From a bacterium (GTDB lineage: Bacteria > UBA8248), in contig OZ242260.1 in assembly GCA_965207065.1 (NCBI GenBank), forward strand, positions 1,600,001-1,664,000: DNA of 64,000 bases, read 5' to 3'. Shown here piece by piece: positions 19,555 through 28,727 of the stretch (position 1 is its first letter; each line of letters opens with the position of its first letter). The notes beneath the pieces were generated by a model, which saw only the letters and a list, made by a program, of their open reading frames with translations, was not told the DNA's origin and did no database searches. The translations under genes were made by a program, and so were the position numbers.

Positions 19555-20602
19555 CGGGGTCGTCCGCACGATAGAGAACGTCGCGGCGCAACTGGAGGCG
19601 GCCGGACACGGCGTCCGCATGCTGACGCCCGAGGGACGCCGCACGGCCGCGCTGCCTTATTATCCCGAAATCAGGCTCGCGCGGCTCTCGCAAAAAGAGA
19701 TCACGAATACGGTTGCCGATTTCCTGCCCGACCACGTCCACGTCTCGACCGAAGGCCCCATCGGACTCGCCGTGAGGCGCTGGTGCATGAGGCGCGGACT
19801 CCCCTTCACGACGGGCTATCATACGCGCTTCCCTGAGTTTCTCGCCGCGCGCTTTCCACTTCCCGGCATGCAGCGTATTGCCTACGCCGTCCTGCGCCGG
19901 TTCCACGGGCCGGGCCTGTGCGTCATGGTCCCCACGCCGAGCATGGCGCGCGAACTGGGGGAACGGGGCTTCAACGAAGTCAGGATCTGGACGCGCGGGG
20001 TGGATCATGCGCGCTTCCGCCCCCTCCCGGGCGGCGCAACGGCGAACCTCCCCGGCCCGAGGCTCGTCTACGTGGGACGCCTCTCGGTGGAGAAGAATAT
20101 CGAGGCGTTTCTGGGTGCCGAGACGCCCGGCACCAAGGTCGTCATCGGCGACGGCCCGTCCCGCAAATCGCTCGAAGCCAGATACCCTGAGGCACATTTC
20201 ACCGGCTACCTCTTCGGCGATGATCTCGTACGCGAGATATCGGGCTGCGACGTCTTCGTCTTTCCGAGCCGTTCAGATACCTTCGGCCTCGTTATGATAG
20301 AGGCCATGGCGTGCGGCCTGCCCGTCGCGGCCTATCCGGCGCCCGGCCCCATCGACGTCGTCGAACACGGCGTGAGCGGCTGGCTAGACCAGGATTTGAG
20401 ATTAAGCATAGAGAACGCCCTCTCGCTCGACCCCGCCGCCGCCATCGCCCGCGCGCGCAAATACACCTGGGCCGAGTCGGCGCGGCAGTTCGCAGGTTCT
20501 CTCGCCCCCATCGCGCCCGAGACCGTCGACGCCGCCCTCAGGAGAGACGCGCGGCCCCGAACCACCCAAGGCGGAGCGTCGTCGACGGGGAAAGCGAGAT
20601 AA
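19511..20602 (+). CDS. Glycosyltransferase family 4
   Basis: TDAWRPQVNGVV, YVGRLSVEKN, FPSRSDTFGLVMIEAMACGLPV; overlaps the phosphoesterase gene as is usual for this pair. Confidence 0.92.
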   Translation: MRVLIATDAWRPQVNGVVRTIENVAAQLEAAGHGVRMLTPEGRRTAALPYYPEIRLARLSQKEITNTVADFLPDHVHVSTEGPIGLAVRRWCMRRGLPFTTGYHTRFPEFLAARFPLPGMQRIAYAVLRRFHGPGLCVMVPTPSMARELGERGFNEVRIWTRGVDHARFRPLPGGATANLPGPRLVYVGRLSVEKNIEAFLGAETPGTKVVIGDGPSRKSLEARYPEAHFTGYLFGDDLVREISGCDVFVFPSRSDTFGLVMIEAMACGLPVAAYPAPGPIDVVEHGVSGWLDQDLRLSIENALSLDPAAAIARARKYTWAESARQFAGSLAPIAPETVDAALRRDARPRTTQGGASSTGKAR

Positions 20603-20687
20603 TGGAACTGACTCAAGGCAGGTTTTTATTCTGCATTTATTTTGCGCCTGTTATTTTCAGGTGATGATGCACATGATTCCGGCGGGG

Positions 20688-21040
20688 TCAGCTTCCACCC
20701 AGGACGAACCTTGCGTTTTCGCGACGCAACATTTCAAACGGCGTCAAATAGCCGATATCCAAACCCTCGCATACATCGGGAATCTTGGTCTTCTATTGCG
20801 AACCAGATTTGATTTCGTGCGTTACGATCTCGTAGCCGCCGAAAAGAGCGTGCGCAACCAGGAAATAATCCGCATCTTGAAAAAACTCCTGACAGCGGAT
20901 TGCTCGTAATCTTGATTGGTTACCCACTCGGCTACCTCTGCGAGCGCGGAGGACATATCGGGAAGTTTGAGGAAAAATTCATCGTCACGCTTACCGGCCC
21001 ATTCGGATAGTTCGCTTTCAGATGCCGGTCCGGCAAATAT
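20688..21040 (-). pseudogene. DUF4411 (PIN-like) family remnant with frameshift and internal stop
   Basis: ELSEWAGKRDDEFF...VRSFF then other frame DADYFLVAHALFGGYEIVTHE...*KTKIPDVCEGLDIGYLTPFEMLRRENARFVL; N-terminus missing. Confidence 0.7.
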
Positions 21041-21157
21041 CGCCTTGGAAGCGGGTGAGAGCCGCATTCCTGGGCCAGAGTCATTTGACCGACTTCGAAT
21101 TCCACTCCGCCAGTGTTTTACTCCCCTGCACTGAGCGGCGCAGGGGTATCTATCCAT

Positions 21158-21398
21158 TTCTGTTCCGAGTGTTCAGGCCAAACAACAATACTTAAAGTAT
21201 AGGAAATCGCCCGCTTCTTATCCTCCCCAATATTGGGGAGATCCAGCGTAAATATTCGCAGCGGCTTGGGAGTCTTCAGGAAGGTGCATTACGTGAGCGC
21301 CGGAACGCTCCCATCGTGTCTGAACCGGCTTGCAATTGCCGAGTTGTTATTGAGGCCTTGGATTCCAGCTCACGGGAGGGAACGCCGAGAGGGAGGGG
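21158..21398. repeat. Direct repeat B+A copy with perfect 18-bp palindrome CTCCCCAATATTGGGGAG (21223-21240)
   Basis: Matches 18265-18508; the A part also matches 13178-13276. Confidence 0.88.
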
Positions 21399-21525
21399 TG
21401 GAGGAATCGAGGTGAGTTTTCTGTTGCTCGTTCAGGGTCACGGCAAGCGGGGCGTCGTGACTAGCGGCAAATTGAAGTAGCAGAGCGAGGTATCAGGCGA
21501 GGTTAGTAGCGAATCAGATTGTTTT

Positions 21526-22767
21526 TCACTCCCCCCACCCCAGAACAGGCAGGGACATCAGGGAGAATTCTCCGAGCGCCAGTTCGATCTCCTCGCGCAC
21601 CCAGGCGTCTCTTTCGACCTCGAGTCTTGCCTCGAGAGCGAGGCGCGTGCGCTCATCGCGCAGGCGTTTGCCGACCCGTGCCAGTGCCCAGGCGGCGTGG
21701 CCTCGGGCGAGGGGTTCGCGGTGCTCCAGCGCGCGGGCGAGGATTGCCAAGCTCTCCGCTCCTCCCGTGTTGCCGATGGCGACGATGACGTTTCGGAGAA
21801 ACCCCCCGTAGCGCGCGCGCATGACGGGCGTGCCGCGAAACGCCTTCTGGAACTGCCGCTCGTCCATCGCGGCGAACGCGTGCAAGTCGGGCGCCAGCGC
21901 CGCCGGGCGGGGGTCGAACCTCGGCTCGCGCGCGTTGGGGACGTCGTCGTTCCAGGGGCAGACCTCCTGGCAGATGTCGCAGCCGAAGATGTGAGCGCCC
22001 ATAGGAGCGCGGAGCTCCCGGGGAATCGGGCCCCTCAGTTCGATGGTAAGATAGGAGATGCAGCGCCTGGCATCTACCACGCCGGGCGCGATGATGGCGT
22101 CGGTGGGGCAATCGTCGATGCAGCGCGTGCACGTGCCGCAGTGCTCATCCATGAAGGGCGCATCAGCTTCGAGCACCCTGTTCAGGAGAAGACAGCCCAA
22201 AAAGAAATAGCTCCCCAGCTTGCGCGAGAGGAGCAGCGAGTTCTTCCCTTTCCAGCCGAGGCCCGCCATGACGGCGAGGTCGCGCTCGAGCAGGGGGCCG
22301 GTGTCCACGTAGCTTCTGCCCTCGACGCCGGGGTCGATTTCCTTCAAATCGCGCAGGACGCGGATGAGACGTTTCTTCATGAACTTGTGGTAATCCCCGC
22401 CGTGGGCGTAGCGTGCGATTTTTCCATGTCCCTCCGCGTGGGGCGTCTCCCGCTCTGGCTTGTACTGCATGGCGACGACCAGGGCCGCGCGCGTCTCCGG
22501 CCAGAGACGGCGCAAATCGCCGCGCACGTAGGGGTTTCTGGCGAGATAGCTCATCTCGCCCGCGTAGCCGCGTTCGATCCACTCGAGGTATCGCCCGTGC
22601 GCCTCGCCCAGGCCGGGCGGAGCGACGGCGGCGAGGTCGAAGCCGTGTGTGAGGGCGCATTCCTTGACCTTGCTCGTAAGCTCGCCCGCGCTCATGCGGC
22701 CCACGCCGGTGTGTGCGGAGTCTGCGCCCCTGTTTTCGGGATGCGGGTTCGGGCGGGCGTCGGCCAT
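21526..22767 (-). CDS. queG: tRNA epoxyqueuosine(34) reductase
   Basis: IARYAHGGDYH, YVDTGPLLERDLA, CGTCTRCIDDCPT, CISYLTIE, FGCDICQEVCPWN; start uncertain (22767 or 22695). Confidence 0.93.
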   Translation of the reverse strand: MADARPNPHPENRGADSAHTGVGRMSAGELTSKVKECALTHGFDLAAVAPPGLGEAHGRYLEWIERGYAGEMSYLARNPYVRGDLRRLWPETRAALVVAMQYKPERETPHAEGHGKIARYAHGGDYHKFMKKRLIRVLRDLKEIDPGVEGRSYVDTGPLLERDLAVMAGLGWKGKNSLLLSRKLGSYFFLGCLLLNRVLEADAPFMDEHCGTCTRCIDDCPTDAIIAPGVVDARRCISYLTIELRGPIPRELRAPMGAHIFGCDICQEVCPWNDDVPNAREPRFDPRPAALAPDLHAFAAMDERQFQKAFRGTPVMRARYGGFLRNVIVAIGNTGGAESLAILARALEHREPLARGHAAWALARVGKRLRDERTRLALEARLEVERDAWVREEIELALGEFSLMSLPVLGWGE

Positions 22768-22945
22768 GTCTTCTCCAGGCAAAACAGGATAAGTCTCGTG
22801 AACCACCGATCTTGGGGCGCGAGTGGTTCTCTTGTCAACAATTGCGCGGATATGATTTTTTAGTTACCCATGCAAGGGATTTGGTGGTATGTATTGATTC
22901 GCTTTTGCTTCAGGTGTTTCATCGCCCGCACGAGGAAAACCCGAG

Positions 22946-23659
22946 TTGAACGGCAAGACGAAAATTCTGTGGATCGCGGGGCTCTGCCTGCTGCTGACCG
23001 TGTTGCTCGCCTACCTCTTCTGGGGGCAGATAGACGACGCCTGGGCGTATCTTCTGAAGCTCCAGGACAAGAAGGAAAAATTCAGGGACTGGATTCACTC
23101 CTTCGGCCCCTGGGGGCCCGCCGTGTTCATCGGCGTGCAGGTGCTCCAGGTGGTTTTCTCCCCCATACCGGGCGAATTGACGGGGTTTCTGGGCGGGTTC
23201 GTTTACGGCGCGCTCACAGCGACGATCCTGAGCACCATCGGCCTGACGATAGGCAGTTTTCTCGCCTTCTACATCGGGCGAAGGCTGGGCCGTCCCTTCG
23301 TGGAAAAGCTCATCCCGCCCAGGATTCTCGATAAATTCGACTTCCTCATCTCGAACAGGGGCGCTTTTATCGCTTTCATCCTGTTCTCGATACCGGGTTT
23401 CCCGAAGGACTACATGTGCTACCTGCTGGGTCTGAGTCCTCTCAAGACCCTGACGTTCGTGCTCATCGCGTTTCTGGGCAGAATCCCCGGCACCATCATG
23501 CTGGGCATCCAGGGAGCCGGGATGTACAAGGAGCAATACGGGATGGTGGTCGCCCTGCTGGTGGTCATGGTGCTCTGCGGCGCGGCGGCGGTCTATTTTC
23601 AGGAGCCTCTGAGACTCTGGCTCAAGGACAAGGCCGGCCACGGGGTCGAACACGATTGA
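22946..23659 (+). CDS. TVP38/TMEM64 (DedA/VTT) family membrane protein
   Basis: QVVFSPIPGE, GGFVYG, IPGFPKDYMCYLLGLS, GRIPG. Confidence 0.88.
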   Translation: MNGKTKILWIAGLCLLLTVLLAYLFWGQIDDAWAYLLKLQDKKEKFRDWIHSFGPWGPAVFIGVQVLQVVFSPIPGELTGFLGGFVYGALTATILSTIGLTIGSFLAFYIGRRLGRPFVEKLIPPRILDKFDFLISNRGAFIAFILFSIPGFPKDYMCYLLGLSPLKTLTFVLIAFLGRIPGTIMLGIQGAGMYKEQYGMVVALLVVMVLCGAAAVYFQEPLRLWLKDKAGHGVEHD

Positions 23660-23719
23660 TGATTGAGTGATTGCGCTTTTTGAGCCGGAGGCGCGCGTTG
23701 TCTCCCAAGAGCTGGAGCA

Positions 23720-24260
23720 ACCCTCCAACCCCCCTTGTCAGGGGGGCAAGAAAAAGCAACCCCCTATCGAACGGGCAAGAGCAAAGTCACCTCTGCCCGG
23801 CGGGGGCGCATCGCCTTTTTATACCCCCCTGACAAGGGGGGGTAGGGGGGGGGTGATTTTGTAGGGACAGGTCGCGACCTGTCCCTACGGTCGAAACCCG
23901 ACCGACGAGAGAGGAAAATCACTCCCCCCTTGAGGGTCGTGGCCGACACACGAGAGGGAAGAATTACTCCCCCCTTGAGGGGGAGTCGAAGAGCTGAGGG
24001 CGTAAGCCCGAAAGCGATTCGGTGGGGGGTATAACTCGAAGTGACGATAAAACGCGATTCACCCCCCACCGATTCAGCCTTCGCACAAACCGCTCGGCTT
24101 CATCGACTCCCCCTCAAGGGGGGAGTGATATCTCTTTTCTCGTCGGTCGCGTCGAATCCTCATTGATTGGGACTTTTTCAACAGCCCGATATGCGACCCC
24201 CCCCTACACCTTCACATCCGTCGAACCAAATCACGAAATCGGGCTTTCCCAACAACCCCC
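23720..24260. repeat. Cluster of REP-like palindromes and MITE ends
   Basis: CCCCCCTTGTCAGGGGGG / CCCCCCTGACAAGGGGGGG, GTAGGGACAGGTCGCGACCTGTCCCTAC, ACTCCCCCTTGAGGGGGAGT, GGACTTTTTCAACAGCCC; same units recur at 28.8-29.4, 50.8, 52.5 and 57.2 kb. Confidence 0.8.
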
Positions 24261-24362
24261 ACTGCCGCGGTTCGTCGACAATCCCTGTCGGTTGGAAAAT
24301 CCAGGTGAGGAAAGCTGATTCGTTATGGCTGGATGCTTGTAGCTTGGCGCTAATCCCTGCCC

Positions 24363-25247
24363 CTATGAAACGCCCAGATAGAGCAGGAGCAGGGGAATGG
24401 TGATGAGGCTCAGCGCCGTGCCCGTGAAGACGATGGAAGCGGCGAGAGAGCCCTCCTCGCAGTAGCGCTCGGCGAAAATGTAGTTCAGCACGGCGGGCGG
24501 GCTGCACGACATCAGAAAGAGCGCCGCGCGGGAAGCGCCGGTGAGCGCGAAGGCTTCCGAAAGCGCCCAGGCGAGCACGAACCCGAGGCCGAACCGGAGC
24601 GCCGCGACGGAGAGGCTGATTTTGAAATCAGACGCCCGGATGGAGCGGAGCCGGTAGCCCAGCGTGAAGAGCTCCACCGGGAACATGCCGCGTCCGGTCA
24701 GGTGCGAGAAGCGCAGGATGAACTTCGGCACGGGGATCGCCGCCAGCGCGATGACGATGCCGGCAACCGCCGCGTAGAGGGCGGGCATCTTGAGGGGTTC
24801 CTTCACGCTCGCGCCGCCGCCGTAGGCCATGATCCCCAGCGTGAAGCTGATGAAGATGTTCGGAATGGAGAGCAGCACCACGTACGCCAGACCCTCTTCG
24901 CCGAAGGCCAGAAGCGCCAGGGGATAGGGCAGCGAGACGGAGTTCATGAGCATCACGCTGGGCACGAAGGGGCGCTGCGTCAAGCCCGCCGCGCGCTTGA
25001 CGGCCAGGGCGACGGCGGCCGGGATGATATGTATCAGAATCGAAATGACGCCCGTCTTGGCGAGCTCCTCCCAGTGGATCTGCTGGCGCGCCAGCGCGTC
25101 GAACACCACGGCGGGGGCGAGCAGGAACAGGACGAGTTCGGCCAGCACCCTAGGTTCGATCTTTTTCCACCGGCCGTAGAAGAAGCCGACCCCGATCACG
25201 GCCATGACCGGAAAGACGATGTTCAAAAGCGGCAATATGGAAGACAT
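24363..25247 (-). CDS. AEC (auxin efflux carrier) family transporter
   Basis: About 10 TMs; MNSVSLPYPL, PVELFTLG, SPPAVLNYIFAERY. Confidence 0.85.
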   Translation of the reverse strand: MSSILPLLNIVFPVMAVIGVGFFYGRWKKIEPRVLAELVLFLLAPAVVFDALARQQIHWEELAKTGVISILIHIIPAAVALAVKRAAGLTQRPFVPSVMLMNSVSLPYPLALLAFGEEGLAYVVLLSIPNIFISFTLGIMAYGGGASVKEPLKMPALYAAVAGIVIALAAIPVPKFILRFSHLTGRGMFPVELFTLGYRLRSIRASDFKISLSVAALRFGLGFVLAWALSEAFALTGASRAALFLMSCSPPAVLNYIFAERYCEEGSLAASIVFTGTALSLITIPLLLLYLGVS

Positions 25248-25560
25248 GCGTTTTCAGATATTCCTCTGTTGCACAAAAGAGGCTGAGTATACATACCGCT
25301 CTACCGGGCGGCCACCCCACAGGGGTGGCTGCCCCGGTAGGGTGGCTGCTCCGACAGGCAGGCCCTCAAGGCGAGGCGTCCCGTCGGATGAACCGCCTTT
25401 GCAGGCGGCTGCCTCCCTTGCGGGCGCCTTCCGCGCTCGAGAGAGAGCGACGCTCACGGCGGGAAGAATTTGCGCTCGGGCGCGGGGACGCGCTAGCCTG
25501 CGGGCGGTCTGTCGCATCAATCGTCTTTCGTTTTCTTGTTCCTGAGAGGGGTTTTGAAAA

Positions 25561-25998
25561 ATGCCGAAAGTGGATCACCTGGGTTACGCCGTGAACAATC
25601 TGGATGAGAAGAAGAACGTGATGGAGGACTTGCTGGGTTTCCGGTTTCTCGAAAGAAAGGTGTATGAGCGGCCCGGAAACACCGCGCGGCTCGATTTCTA
25701 CGAGGCCGAAGGCGCCGTGATGGAGCTCGTGGAGATGAGCGACCCCGACGCGCCGCTCAACCGGTTTATCGCCGCGCGCGGCGAGGGGCTGCACCACATC
25801 TGCTTCGTCGTCGACGACTTGAGAGCCACGATGGCCGAATGGGAGGCGAAGGGAGTCGAGTTCGTCCTCGCGCCCACATACGGCTCGCGCGGCGGCGTCA
25901 TCACCTTCACGAACGCGGCCACCACGGGCGGGCTCGCGATAGAGCTGGTGCAGTACGTCCCCGAGGGGGAGGAGATTCCCGACTGGGCGCAGAAGTAG
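25561..25998 (+). CDS. VOC family protein (methylmalonyl-CoA epimerase-like)
   Basis: VDHLGYAV, ELVE, RGEGLHHICFVVDD, TGGLAIELVQ. Confidence 0.85.
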   Translation: MPKVDHLGYAVNNLDEKKNVMEDLLGFRFLERKVYERPGNTARLDFYEAEGAVMELVEMSDPDAPLNRFIAARGEGLHHICFVVDDLRATMAEWEAKGVEFVLAPTYGSRGGVITFTNAATTGGLAIELVQYVPEGEEIPDWAQK

Positions 25999-26163
25999 GG
26001 GTCGCTTTCGAGGAGCGCGGGCCGCGCGCCGGACACGCCCGGAGCGCGAAAGGGCTCATGGCGCCCGGAGGTTTTCGGTGAGATTCGCTCTGAAAGCGGA
26101 TTCAGGGCGACGCCGGTAATTTGTGAAAAACCGTAAAACCCGAACAAAAGCCTCAATTCTTTC

Positions 26164-26192
26164 TTGACAAGTCGGGTTCAATCCCCCACTAT
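26164..26192 (+). promoter_or_regulatory. Sigma70-like promoter
   Basis: TTGACA-17 nt-CACTAT, predicted start about 26199-26200. Confidence 0.5.
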
Positions 26193-26199
26193 TTCACCC

Positions 26200-26315
26200 G
26201 GCATACAATCCATGTGCGGTCGATCCACGGGCTGCCCGCTGAATACAATACGACTCTTCCCAAGAGTTGGAATAGGCGGGAACCCACTTTTCTTCCAAAA
26301 CGTGGATTGTATGCC
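26200..26315 (+). ncRNA. Candidate structured ncRNA domain 1 (unassigned)
   Basis: 16-bp closing stem 26200-26215/26300-26315, inner stems CCCGC/GCGGG and GACTCTT/AAGAGTT; begins at the predicted TSS. Confidence 0.4.
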
Positions 26316-26572
26316 AACCAGCCCGTACTTCGTCCGATGGTTCGAGTGGATCAATCCGGGTGCGGATCGGGAAGGATTGTATGGGTCGAGCTAATTCATG
26401 ATGAGCGCACCTATCTAAACCATACAAGGGCGGCTTTTTTTCAGGAAACTGATGCTGGAGGTGCACTATAGTTAAAAATGACCGATTGGTCAAATATGGT
26501 AACCGGCTACCGGAAATGGCGCCGGGGCGGGTTTCAGGAACGCCTCTGGAACTCAGGAAAGAAGAAGAATTT

Positions 26573-26673
26573 GGGGGTTACTCATTGGCTGCTTGACCTC
26601 GTGGAGTAGTAAGTACCGTTCCGGGTTCGAGTTGGGTCCTCAGGCCCGAGACGGGAATCAATGAGTAACCCCC
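26573..26673. ncRNA. Candidate structured ncRNA domain 2 (unassigned)
   Basis: Perfect 15-bp inverted repeat GGGGGTTACTCATTG/CAATGAGTAACCCCC enclosing two further hairpins. Confidence 0.35.
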
Positions 26674-26958
26674 TCCTTCTCTGGACGATGCGCGCTCGAA
26701 AGCGGATTCAAGCAAAATCAACTCTCGCGTCGGCTCCCCGAGTCGGGGGCGACCAACCCCATTATAGTCTCATCTCCCCGCCGATTGCGAGTTATTTCCC
26801 GGCCGCGGGTTTCGCGCCCCGGCGCCGGCCGCTTTTGGGGACGCCCGGCAAGGGGAAGGATGGGCGGCCGGGCCAGGAGGATGATAGTATAATGACATAT
26901 GCTCTCTCCGGTGATTTGGCCAATCGGCTGAAATCGAGAGTTGCTCGGGAGGCGCGCC

Positions 26959-27204
26959 ATGGAAAATGGATTGAACGATGAATTTAAATACTATTTGGAA
27001 AACCAGACGAATCTCGCCGAGAAGTATGACGGCAGGTATATCGTAATCAAAAATCGCAATGTAATCGGAGACTACGATACCAAGAGAGTTGCAATCGAAA
27101 CGACGATGAAAACACATATGCTGGGCACTTTTCTGGTACAGAAATGTAGCAGTGACCCCGACAGCATAAAACAAAGGTTTCTGTCGCGGGCCAATTTTTC
27201 ATAA
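26959..27204 (+). CDS. Small protein (DUF5678-like), partner of retropepsin gene
   Basis: GGGAGG RBS; EFKYYLENQTNLAEKYDGRYIVIKNRNVIGDYD pattern; TAATG overlap with next gene. Confidence 0.7.
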   Translation: MENGLNDEFKYYLENQTNLAEKYDGRYIVIKNRNVIGDYDTKRVAIETTMKTHMLGTFLVQKCSSDPDSIKQRFLSRANFS

Positions 27205-27668
27205 TGTTCGAAAAGAAAAGTTTTGCTTTCACGACATATTGCAGAGGATATGAAAACGTCCTTTCCAATCTGGTCGAAGTCGCACCTGCCTATGACCCTG
27301 AATCAGGTTTCTCCAAGTCTTCCTTCAGGAAATACAGAGCGGTTTGGGATACCGGCGCGACGCACAGCGCGATAACGTCGCAAGTGGTTCGGGATTTCGC
27401 TTTGCGGGCTACTGGCATGGCCGTCGTTTATGACGCTACCACTACGCAAAATGTCCATACGTTTTCCGTCAACATCTTATTGCCCAACCATGTAGAGTTC
27501 CCCGATTGGGAAGTGACCGAGGCGGGTGGACTTGTCGGGAATGAAGATATCCTGATTGGCATGGACATCATCGGGACCGGGGATTTCGCGGTCAGCAATA
27601 AAGAACGAACGGTATTCACCTTTCGCTATCCTTCGCAAGAAGAAATCAGTTTTTCCAGGCAAGGCTGA
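27204..27668 (+). CDS. Retropepsin-like (clan AA) aspartyl protease
   Basis: AVWDTGATHSAI and DILIGMDII motifs. Confidence 0.88.
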   Translation: MFEKKSFAFTTYCRGYENVLSNLVEVAPAYDPESGFSKSSFRKYRAVWDTGATHSAITSQVVRDFALRATGMAVVYDATTTQNVHTFSVNILLPNHVEFPDWEVTEAGGLVGNEDILIGMDIIGTGDFAVSNKERTVFTFRYPSQEEISFSRQG

Positions 27669-27719
27669 TATCCAAGACACTTTATCGGAAATATGGCGCC
27701 ATGACTCGACGGCCCCGCG

Positions 27720-28727
27720 CTATGACTTACCACTCTCCCCGCCGAAGAACGCGGCGATTTTGCCGAGCGACGCCGGGATGTCCACGTCCCACTGGCGGTT
27801 CGAGCCGCCGCCGGTGTGGGGCAGAAGCACGGCGTTCGGCAGCCCGATGAGGGGGCTGTCGGCGGGCAGGGGTTCGTAGCGGTAGACGTCGAGACCGGCC
27901 ATGGCGATCTCACCCGCCCGGAGCGCTTCGGCGAGCGCCGCCTCATCGACCAGCGCCCCCCGGCCCACGTTGATGAGCGCCGCCGTTTTCTTCATGCGCT
28001 CAAGCTCACCGGCGCCTATCATCCCCTCGCTTTCCTCGGTGTGCGGCAGGACAAGGACGAGATAATCGACGCGCGCGAGCAGGTCGTCAAAGCCCAGATA
28101 CCTGGCCTGATACTCTGCCTCCACATCTGCCGTGTGGCGCGTCCTCTGGTAGTAGAATATCTCCATGCCGAAGGCCAGACAGCGCCTGGCGATGTCCATG
28201 CCGATGTCGCCCAGGCCGATGATGCCCACGCTCTGCCCGAAGAGCTCCGCGACGCCCTCAATCTCCGGCCAGTTGGGCCGGATGTTCCACTGGCTGGTGG
28301 CGACCGGCTCCAGCCCCATCTCGCGGTAGACGCCCGCCTCGACCGCCTTCTGGCCCAGAATCGCCTTGCGCTCGCAGCAGAGCATGAGGGTCAAGGCCTG
28401 CTCGGCCACCGTGGCGTTCCGCATGAGCGACTGCGTGCCGACGGGGACCCCCCGCTCGCGCGCCGCGTCGGCGTCGATGTTCTTGCAGTTCAGCCCGTGT
28501 TTCTGGATGTAGCGCAGCTTCCCCGCCGCATGGATGACCGAGGCGGGGAGCGCCGCCTTGTAGCAGAGGACCGCCTCGGCCCCGGGCGCGAGCGCCAGGA
28601 GCGCATCCAAATCCGCGCTGTCGGGCGCCGTGATATCGAAAGGCGCGGAGGCTGCGTTCGCCTTCACCCTCTTCAGAAAATTGCCCGACGCCCCGTCGGC
28701 GACGAGCAGGCGTATCTTGTCGCTCAT
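27720..28727 (-). CDS. D-isomer specific 2-hydroxyacid dehydrogenase
   Basis: GIIGLGDIG, LINVGRGALVDE, AGLDVYRYEP, LPHTGG. Confidence 0.92.
   Translation of the reverse strand: MSDKIRLLVADGASGNFLKRVKANAASAPFDITAPDSADLDALLALAPGAEAVLCYKAALPASVIHAAGKLRYIQKHGLNCKNIDADAARERGVPVGTQSLMRNATVAEQALTLMLCCERKAILGQKAVEAGVYREMGLEPVATSQWNIRPNWPEIEGVAELFGQSVGIIGLGDIGMDIARRCLAFGMEIFYYQRTRHTADVEAEYQARYLGFDDLLARVDYLVLVLPHTEESEGMIGAGELERMKKTAALINVGRGALVDEAALAEALRAGEIAMAGLDVYRYEPLPADSPLIGLPNAVLLPHTGGGSNRQWDVDIPASLGKIAAFFGGESGKS

Noticed and set aside
26171-26198. GGGTTCAATCCC resembling a tRNA T-arm
   Set aside because: Loop one base short, no acceptor stem, D-arm or CCA; it lies in a promoter spacer
26200-26673. 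Retron msr-msd suggested by long inverted repeats
   Set aside because: No reverse transcriptase ORF nearby
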